From Octopus vulgaris (taxonomy: Eukaryota), in NCBI GenBank assembly GCA_951406725.2, contig OX597834.1:30008001-30072000 (forward strand): a stretch of DNA of 64,000 nt, in the 5' to 3' direction. The translations under genes were made by a program, and so were the position numbers. The notes under the pieces are model-generated. The model saw nothing but the letters and a program-made list of their open reading frames with translations. It was not told where the DNA came from and made no database searches. Of the stretch, positions 53,891-64,000 are shown in pieces; position 1 is the first letter of the stretch, and each line of letters starts with the position of its first letter.

Positions 53891-54639
53891 GTATATATAT
53901 ATGTGTGTGTGTATGTATACACACACAGCAACATCCATGTGTATTTAATGTCAATGTGAAAGTAACAGTGAAACTGAGATGATTTTTGGCAACTCTGGGT
54001 GCAGCTCCCAGTTATTGGTTTCCCTGTTTCCCCCACTTATCACATCTCAATCACTTCTTCACCCCCCACACTCCATCCACACCCAGAACACCAAGATATA
54101 TTGATTTCTACAAAGTCTAATTATTAATCCAAGTCTATTCGTTAACCTAGGTTTAATTGTTAATCCTTTTTCAGCTTCTAATCCCATCAAAGACATCTTT
54201 GTCTTATATCCATGGAGAAGGCAATATAATACAGTACCAACTACATACTGGGGTCTGGTGTCAAACTCATTGACTAACCTGCATCTGAGACATAGAACTT
54301 ATCGTTAATAACCATTTGGCAGATTCATCAGAGCATGCAGTACATGTTCTGGCTCATTATGTTCTGATTTCAAATCATGCTGAGGTCAGCTTTGCCCTTA
54401 TCAATGAAATAAACTCCAGTCCAATACTGAAGTTTACAGTATTAATTAACCTCTTCCTCTCAAGGTTACTAGCCTTATCTCTAAATTTAAAACTTAGTGA
54501 GCTGGTAGGATTGTTTGAGTGGCAGAAGAAAATGTTTGCAGTGTGATAAGCACAGGAGCAAAATTTGTTTAGGTGGGGTGCAAACCCAGGTCGATTTATT
54601 TTCAATCTTAATATCAAAACAAACGCTGGTATAATACTC

Positions 54640-54866
54640 GGCGAGCTGGCAGAAACGTTAGCACGCCGGGCGAAATGCTTAGCGGTATTTCGTCTGCATT
54701 ACATTGTGAGTTCAAATTCCGCCGAGGTCGACTTTGCCTTTCATCCTTTCGGGGTCGATAAATTAAGTACCAGTTACACACTGGGGTCGATGTAATCGAC
54801 TTAATACCTATGTCTGTCCTTGTTTGTCCGCTCTGTGTTTAGCCCCTTGTGGGTAATAAAGAAATA
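54640..54866 (+). mobile_element. SINE family A, followed by older degenerate relatives to about 55745
   Basis: TSD GGTATAATACTC (54628-54639/54867-54878). Confidence 0.9.
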
Positions 54867-56158
54867 GGTATAATACTCATTATTATTATTATTATTATTA
54901 TTATATTGTTTAAAGTGGCAAAGCAGGCAAGCTGGCAGAAACATTAGCATGTCGAGTGAAATGTTTAGTGGTATTCCATTTGTCTTTACGTTCTGAGTTC
55001 AAATTCTGCTGGGGTTAACTTCACCTTTCATCTTTTGGGGGCTGGTAAATTACGTAGCATTGAAACACAGGGGTCGATGTAGTTGACTAGTCCCCCACTC
55101 CTCCAAAAGTTCAGGCCTTGTCCCTTTAACAGAAAGGATTATTATTACAGTATTTGTACAACAATCCAATCAGATAAACCCAATAATGGAAAAGTAATGT
55201 TTCAAATCTGTCTAAAAGTGTTTCTGTGTTTGTTTTGGCAATGAAGATTTTCAGGAGGATGGTCAAAGTGTTTTCATTACCCCCAGCTCCCACCAAAACT
55301 TTTGTGAAGGTGCTGCATCCCCTGTTCCCAAGCCTATATCCTCTGGATGTCTTAAGAAGTGCTTTCCTTCCACTGCATTGACCTAGCATGCTGGACAAAG
55401 TGTCTGACATTCACCGAGTTCAAATGCTGCCAAGGTCAACTTTGCCTTTCATCTTTTCAAGGTCGATTAAATAAATACCCATTGAGGACTGGGGTGAAAT
55501 TGCTGGCCTTGTGCCAAAATTTGAAACCATTATTATTATTATTATTATTATTATCAAAGTGGTGAACTGGCAGAATCGTTAGCACACCAGGCAAAATGCT
55601 TAGCAGTATTTTGTCTGCCACTATGTTTTGAGTTCAAATTCTGCTATGGTCGACTTATGCCTTTCATCTTTTTGAGGTCAATTAAATAAGTACCAGTTAC
55701 AAACTCCTCCCAAATTTGCGGCCTTGTGCTTCCAGTAGAAAGGATAATTATTATTATTATTATTATTAGTGTTGTTGTTGTTATTATTATTATTATTATT
55801 ATTATCACTTGAGTGTCATCAAAATCAATAGATCGATGAACAAAAATGCTTTGAAATATTTTATTGCATCCCTTAATGTTCTCAGTTCAAAACCCGTTGG
55901 GGCCAATTCTGTTTTTGTCTGTCTTTTCAGTAGTGTTGGTCTTGGTGTTGGGGAGGGCTGTTAAAACTGTTATAACCTACAATTGAAGGACCTTGATCAA
56001 TATAATCAACTGATCCTTCCCATAAAATCGTGCCATCCCTCCCCTCCCTGCCAGTTTTAGAAATTCCTTTATTTCTGAAGGGTCTACTTTTAGCAGAGAA
56101 TTCCAAACAATATATTGTAAAAAAAAAAAATCTAAGGAAGCAAATATTGATGCACTTT

Positions 56159-56226
<68 letters not shown>

Positions 56227-56865
56227 TGCGTGTGTGTGTGGGGGTTGTGGATGAACTGAGTGCATGTATGTGTACGTGTTTGTGTGTCCTTGTATTGTGT
56301 GTTTCTGTATTTGTGCATGTTCATGTATCCCTGTGTGTGTTTGTGTGTTTTTTGTGTGTCCATGTGCATCTGTTCATGTGTGCTCTGTGTGTGTGTGTGT
56401 GTGTGTGTGGAGGGGGTGCATATGTGCATGTATGCATTTGTGTTCTTTGTGTGTTGTGTGTGTGTGTGTGTGAACCATACAGCATAACACTAGGACACAT
56501 CATGTCTTACCACCTTAGAAAAAGCATACATTAGGTAATGTGTTCCAGAGTTCCTGCAATACTAGAAAAAGATGGGATGGTCACATCTGGAATACTCTTT
56601 GATGAGAGCTGTATTCATTCAGGACTGACCTAAGGCTATAAACACTATCACAACAACAATAACAACCACATAACAACACATCAACATGATATAGGATACA
56701 TTTTAGAATAGCGCACAGAATGCAACAAGACAGCATAGCACATCCCACAACAACATGTTGTGCATCACAACACGCATCATGACAACATAAATATACCACA
56801 CAATACAACAGCTAATACACCATACAACATAGTAGCACAACTCAGCAACTTATGCTAGGATATAA

Positions 56866-56920
<55 letters not shown>

Positions 56921-57291
56921 TTTTACAGGTTTCAGTCATTTTGACGGGGGCCATGCTGGAGCACTGCCCTTTTAGTTGAAGAAATCGACCCCTGGACTTA
57001 CTCTTTGTAAGCCTGGTACTTATTCTATCGGTCTCTTTTGTCGAACCACTAAGTTACGGGAAGGTAAGCACACCAACACCGGTTGTGAAGTGCTGGTGAG
57101 CAGGTACCAACACAAAATATACATATATATATATATATATGATGGGCTTCTTTCAGTTTTCATCTACCAAGGCTTTGGTCAGCCTGAGGCTATAGAAGAA
57201 GACACTTGCCCAAGGTGCCATGCAGTGGGACAGAACCCAGAACCATATGGTTGGGAAGAAAGCTTCTTACCACACAGCCACGCCTGCACCT
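56921..57291 (-). mobile_element. CORE-type SINE (family B), diverged
   Basis: Colinear with 6835-7250. Confidence 0.8.
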
Positions 57292-57379
57292 ACATATATA
57301 TATATATATATATAAACATAAATAAATAAATATATATATATGTATGTATATACATATAATATATTTATATCTATATGTA

Positions 57380-57419
<40 letters not shown>

Positions 57420-57457
57420 CATGTGATGTACTCCTGGTGGTCAGCTACCACACACAC

Positions 57458-57488
<31 letters not shown>

Positions 57489-57689
57489 TGTATGTATGTA
57501 TGTATGTATGTATGTATGTATGTATGTATGTATGTATGTATGTATGTATGTATGTATGTATGTATGTATGTATGTATGTATGTATGTATATATATTTATT
57601 TATGCAAGAGTATTCCCCTCTTTCAGATAATGATTTGAATACAAAACAAGGATTTTTCTTCATTGCTTCTCCTCCACTCCTTAGAATTT

Positions 57690-59300
57690 CTCTTGTTATG
57701 CTGCCTTTTCCTGGAGTTTTATCTGCTTTCTTCAGCTGGGGACAATTTTTCATTTATTTACTTTTTATTCAATTATCTTTGTGTGTGTCAAAAGAATCAA
57801 ATAATATCTTGCTTCATAAGAAAGGCAACGAAGAAGATTTAAGAAGTTCTCTTCCCATATACCTCTTGTCTCACCTCTACAAGAAATTTACAAAGCTCAT
57901 AGTCATCAGACTATCAAAACATTTTGATGACCAAAGCTGAAGGAGCAAGCAGTTTTCCGTAAGAGCTTCAGTATGGCAGATCTGATATTCACTCTAATGC
58001 AGCTTATAGAATAAGTGAAAGGATACAAGCTGCCCCTGTGCATTGCATTTGGCAATTGTGAGAAGACCTTTGATAGTGTCAAGATGAACATAGAGCTGAA
58101 ATTCCTGGAAATTCAATGGGATGAGGTGCAATACACCAAACTGCTCAGTGATGCAAACTCTGGGTACAACACCTATTTTTTTTTTTTAGATGTCATTCTC
58201 TGGTATCACCACCCATAAGATTTCCAATTGAGATACATCTTACAAGGAGATACCTATTTCTTTATTACCCACAAGGGGCTAAACACAGAGGAGACAAACA
58301 AGGACAAACGGATTAAGTCGGTTATATCGACCCCAGTGCGTAACTGGTACTTATTTAATCGACCCCGAAAGGATGAAAGGCAAAGTCAACCTCGGCGGAA
58401 TTTGAACTCAGAACGTAACGGCAGATGAAATATGGCTATGCATTTCGCCCGGCGTGCTAACATTTCTGCCATCTCTCCAAAGCTCTTAAGTGCATGTCTA
58501 GAAACAGCCATCAGAGACATTGACTGGAAAGGCAGCATGAACATTAACAGCTAGCTACTAACACACCTCTCTAATTCACTGATGACATCGTGCTCATTGA
58601 AACTAACATCAGTTGCAGGCCATGCTGAGAAAGCTGGACAGTCATGGCTCAGCAATAGGCTTTAAAACGAACAGTACAGAAACAAAATAGATGCAGCCAA
58701 ATGTCATAGCCAAGGGACGAACAAATAGAGGTGGAAGTGATGTGATTGAGGAAGTAAGGGGTTATTTCTGGAGCCCATAGTGAATAAGCACTGATATATG
58801 GATGCTGAAATCTCAAGAAGAATAAGGGCAGGATGGATGGCACTTACCCTGATAACAGATGTGCTAAAAGTTGGACAAGACTCTATGTGCCAGTTTTTTT
58901 TCAATAGCACCATCATATCTATGTTCTTGAATGAAAGTGAGACATGGACTACTATGAAGAGGGAAGAACATTGATTGGTTATGATGCAAAGATTCATGGA
59001 AAGACATGCAAGAATATGTCTGGAATTAGGTAATTGGAGAATAGAGCTGAGTGAACAGCATGATCACAGAATATGAAAAGCACAAGTTTTGTTGGTCCAA
59101 ACATGTCACAAGGTTCAATGACCACAAGTGGACCCTTGTAGTTGCTGATTGGAATCCAAAGGATTGGAGATGGTCATTTGGAAGTCCTCCACGGAGATAG
59201 GAATTTGATTTAGTTAAATGATTTGGTTTTTGGTCCAAGATGGAAAAGAAGGCCACAATTAAGAAAGAATTGGAAATACATTGTGACCAGGGATGTATAA
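57690..59300 (+). pseudogene. RTE-clade LINE reverse transcriptase relic
   Basis: PIYLLSHLYKKFTKLI..RL, EQAVFRKSFS..D.IFTL, LCIAFGNCEKTFDSV, QGDT/ISPKL (split by a SINE), FTDDIVL, WSKHVTRFNDHKWT..WNP..GSPPRR. Confidence 0.88.
58253..58470 (-). mobile_element. SINE family A inserted in the RTE QGDTISPKL motif
   Basis: caaggagatacc [SINE] atctctccaaagctc. Confidence 0.9.
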
Positions 59301-60388
59301 CAACATCTGACAGTCTGGTCGATACAGGTTATATATATAATTCTTTAAATACACACACACACACACACATAAACAAACACACACCAGACATGCATGTGTG
59401 TGTATCTATGTGGTTGTTTTCATTTGTGTTCTATGAAAGTGGTGGTGTTATTTTTTCGATCAATGTCAACAAGTCAATTCTTGTCTTCAAAGAGGTATGA
59501 AATAAGAGTTCTTTTATTTGAAAAAGTAGTAAGAGTTAGTGACAGGAAGAGCATCCAACTGTAAAACAAATGTCTCAATAAGACACTCATGTTACCCATG
59601 CTAGAATGGAAAAAACCCACGAAACAAATAATCAAATGAAAACACACATGCACACACACACACACAGCATCATTTTCATTTAGCATCAACGTTCCATGTT
59701 CTCATGGGTTAGATGGTTTGATAAGATCTGATGGGTCCAAAGATTACCCCAGTGTCTGCTCTGGTACAGTTTCTACAGCTAGATGCCCTTCCCAATGGCA
59801 ACTGCTTCACAGCAATTTCAGGGCACTGTTATTCTCCTGCTACAAGCACCAGTGAGGTCACCATACGACTCACAAGACTACACAAGATCCATATAAAGTT
59901 CACTCCTTCGCAAAACTCAAGGCAGCTCCCTTTACTGGTATCTAGTTTTAGTTCCTCTTGGGTTTGATTGCTGGGAAATAAATATGTTGCTCATCGAAAG
60001 CTCCCTCACCTTTAATTCTCCTCTCTCTCTCTCTCTCCCCGTTCCCCTCCCTCTTGCCAACAGCATTCAATATATCCATTGAACACACATGTCTTTGCCC
60101 CTTCTTCTCATCCTTACTGTATGACTATATTGTCACCTTTGCAATGGACACATTGCCATGTTCAGCTCTTTTTATTGACATTTCTATAAGCCTCATTTTC
60201 TTGTACACATATTGTTCAGTCATTTGCTTATGTCTGTTTTTCCATGCTAGCATGAGTTAGATGGATACATATTATTAGACGCTTGGTCTTTACCTGTTTT
60301 GAATGTAAAAGAAATGTCTTTTTTCACACATCTTCAAAACATCTTCTTTCACAAGTTTTCATGAAGCAAAGAGATGATTTGTTGACAG

Positions 60389-60421
<33 letters not shown>

Positions 60422-60829
60422 TCCCACTGGTAGCTTCAAATTTTTCTTTCCAAAATGGGTTTTGCAACTCAATATTGACATGCTATTATTTATATATAGC
60501 TTTACATGTGCTTTGAGATCCACTATTCCAGAAAAAATGATAGACAGAAACTGAGAAGACATTCCTTGTAAATGTATATGTAGTATATACCTAAGTGTGT
60601 ATGTGTGTCTTTGTGTTTGTATTTGAATTTGTCGCCCCACCCCATCACTGCTTGATTACTGGTGTTGGTTTGTTTATGTCCCCATAACTTAGTAGTTTGG
60701 CATCAGAGACTGATAGAATAAGTCAAGTCTAAAGGTGATCTGCCCTTGGCTAGGCCTTGTGCATGCGAACCTTCTCCATACACAACCTGGCAGGACCTGA
60801 ACTGTCCCCTGCTGCTTAAGTCACTGATG

Positions 60830-61490
60830 AGTTTCATTTTTTAATAACTTCCTTAACTTTACAAATAAGTGTATGAAATGTTGATACAATATAAAGGACA
60901 TACTGGAAATTAATATGCACAAGTCAGATTTTGCAACACCACTACATCACATATGAAAAATGGCATCGCTTAAATGGCAGCCATTTTCGGCTTTGCACAC
61001 CCATGCTCTATTCAAAACATGCACCATTACACCCTCAAGAATTTCAGACCTCACTTCTCTGATTTCTCCTTTGATGTTCTCCTTCAGCTGAACTAGGGTC
61101 TCCAGTTAGTTGACATAAACCTTCTCTTTCAGGTATCCATGTTTGAGACCTTTTTGTGCCCAGCCATTCAAGGTAGACCTCACACGTGATTCCAGCAAGA
61201 TGGGGCAACTGCTCATACCACAAGAGAAACAAGGCAGTTGCTATGGCAGTGCTTTGGAGAGAGAATAATCTCCTGCTATGGCAAGGTCAACCGGCCTTCA
61301 CATTCCCCAAAACTTTACTAGCTTGGATTTTGTCTTGTGAGGTTACCTGAAAGAGGGGGTTTACATCAACAAACTGGAGACCCTGGTGCAACTGAAGGAG
61401 AACATAATTTCAATTATGTCCTTTATATTGTATCAAAATTTCATATGCATTTATTTGTAAAGTTAAGGAAGTTATTAAAAATTGAAACCT
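60830..61490. repeat. Nested inverted repeat, probable PLE relic
   Basis: 60830-60910 pairs with 61405-61490 and 61075-61136 with 61343-61403; the inner arm encodes KEGVYINKLETL. Confidence 0.55.
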
Positions 61491-61536
61491 ATCATATGTG
61501 CATATTTATTTATTTGTGTGTGTGTGTGTGTGTATG

Positions 61537-61574
<38 letters not shown>

Positions 61575-62527
61575 GTACAAAGTGAGATAGGGGTTATGAG
61601 TGTAACCCACTATGGGACATCAGTTATCTAATATACTGCTGGTGAAGCACCCAAATAGCAAATACACAAATGCTTATAATTGCAATGCAATTAATTCATT
61701 TATTGTATTAGATGAGCAAAGGTAAAATATCTTACCTCAAATTCATAATACAAATAAGAAAATGGAGGAACAGATTCATTCCAATCATCGACTTACAGAT
61801 ATTACCACTTCATATTATTTATTTACTAGCTACATAAATAGGAACATCCAAATCCAATATATATATATCATCATTATTTTAATTTCTCCTTTTCCATGCT
61901 TAGAGTGACAGAATTTGCTGAGGCTTCACCTGTTTCCAAGCAAGATAGCATTTTTGTATGGCCAGACATGTTTTCAAAGTACACTGGAAAGGAACAACAG
62001 ATACGGACGTATCCTTAACATAATTCTCAGACAGGGTTAGCACAACACAGTGGGTTCCAGAGTATTTCAATTGCAGATAAAATCCACCCAATAGGTTTCT
62101 GCAAAATTTCAATCTACACAGTTTCACATATAGGGTATGGGTCCACCAAGGGTGTAGGAAAATGATATTTGCCCAAGATGCCATGCAGTGGGATGGAACT
62201 TAGTTTCTTCTGGTGATGAAGTAAACTTGTTAACCATTCAACCATACTGCACCTACACACACCCACACTCACGTATGTGTACGCATGTCTGTACATGTGT
62301 GTATGTACATATAAATGTGTATGTGTATTTCCATATATATTTGTATATTCTTTTACTTGCTTCAGTGATTTGATTGCGGCCATGCTGGAGCACCAGCTAT
62401 ATATAATGTGTGTGTGTGTGTGTGTGTGCGTGTATATATATATAAATGAAAAAATGTATAAACATCGTCTGTTTATACATTTTTTTATTTATCAAGTAAT
62501 GGAACGCAACACACACCGAATTTGTAT

Positions 62528-62586
<59 letters not shown>

Positions 62587-63575
62587 AATATATATATATG
62601 TATGTATGTATATAAACATATATATGTATGTATGTATGTATATAAACATATATATGTATGTATGTGTATATATATATGTATATGTATATATATGTGTGTA
62701 TATATATATATATATACATACACATGCACACACACATATATATGCATACATACATGCATATATAAATGCACATATGTAAATATATAGTGTGTATATATAT
62801 ATATATGAATGAACTAATGTGTATATGAAGTAGAAAAGCTGTTGAACCTGGTTTCTAAGTTCAAATGTTAATTATCTGTGATACTGTATCCTCTAAGGAA
62901 TGCATACAGCTCTTCTTGTTGTCTCAGTATGCCTGACTGACAAACAGGCTCCACTCCTAACAGCTGAGTGGCCAGTGTTAGGAAGAACAGCCAGCTGTGA
63001 AATATAAACCACATCCTACCTCAGGGATTGTTCACAAATTTCTAACAACCCAACTATTGTTGTTGTCGTTGTTGTTATTTGATGTTTAATCAGTAGATCC
63101 TCCTGGTTTGAAAAGACCTATGATCAAAGGAATTCCAACCAAGACCATCTCTTCATTTTTGTTTTTTTGTTCCCAAGAAAAGTGTACTAAAGACCACAAA
63201 AGTAAGGAACTGTAAGAGGGAGAGCTGAACAGAAGACAGTCCTCAGAGAAGAAGCTCCCCACTCACTCATGCAAAGTGTTTTAGCCCCTAACTCCTTACA
63301 TACTAAGGGGTCTGAGCTGGGCTGCATTCGGGTCATGACACTCTACTGTCACATTCTATGCTCCTGGATGATTAAGGTACACCAGAGCTGGGATACTTTG
63401 AGTGTTCCAAGCACTTCAGTCTCAAATGCTAGTTGAATATAAGGTAAATTATTCATTCTGATTTCGTTTTTGGATTTGGTTTGCAAGATTCTTTATATGA
63501 GTTCGTGTGTTGAAGCATATTCTGTTGTGTCTGGGAAGAGTCATTTTCTTTTTGTGCCTTATAATTTAACACATT

Positions 63576-63693
63576 CACTGGTAAAATTTCTACTTATTCC
63601 TTATTTTTATTTTCCTAAAATTTTCATTGAGTCTTGCAACCTTGAAAATTTTAGGAAAATAAAAATAAGAAATAAGTGGAAATTGTACCAGTG
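63576..63693. repeat. About 51-bp inverted repeat hairpin
   Basis: cactggtaaaatttc...cctaaaattttca / tgaaaattttagg...gaaattgtaccagtg, 16-nt loop. Confidence 0.85.
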
Positions 63694-63715
63694 TCGTAAG
63701 TATATATATATAACA

Positions 63716-63870
63716 GGCATTTTTCAGTTTCCGTCTACCAAATTCACTCACAAGGCCTTGGTTAGCCCAAGGCTATAGGAGAAGACGCTTGTCCAAAGTG
63801 CCATGCAGTGGGACTGAACCTGGAATCATGTAGTCGGGAAGCAAGCTTCTTACCACACAGCCACACCTGC
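63716..63870 (-). mobile_element. CORE-type SINE (family B), 5' half
   Basis: tRNA head and CORE-like segment. Confidence 0.8.
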
Positions 63871-64000
63871 AACTATGTATGTATGTACTCATATACATGT
63901 GCGTGTGTGCCACATCAACCCAACTCTCATCATTACCAGTAGTAGGCGCAAAGCTTTCAACTCCATTTTCTGCTCTCCTTTTATACACAAAATGCTGAAC

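Overview
AT-rich eukaryotic genomic DNA, about half microsatellite and transposon debris. The SINE repertoire resembles that of octopus/coleoid cephalopods (inference from recognition, not a search). Nearly all ORFs in the track are microsatellite or repeat artefacts. Supported content: four to five SINE families, non-autonomous Helitrons, Merlin-like and piggyBac-like MITEs, a foldback element, and relics of mariner, maT/Tc1, hAT, RTE and R4/Dong elements. One likely host coding exon encodes a signal peptide (51573-51648) and is preceded by an unusual 10-copy minisatellite. The strongest hidden signal is a dispersed set of type I hammerhead ribozymes: four near-canonical and at least five decayed, from several unrelated sequence families. 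They sit in Penelope-like element (PLE) pseudo-LTR relics, often flanked by (TA)n and folded back on themselves, alongside PLE RT and GIY-YIG fragments. Other notable patterns: a SINE that inserts at GGTA-like targets and multimerises at a fixed junction, tandem H-type pseudoknot motifs in another SINE, and modular Helitrons.
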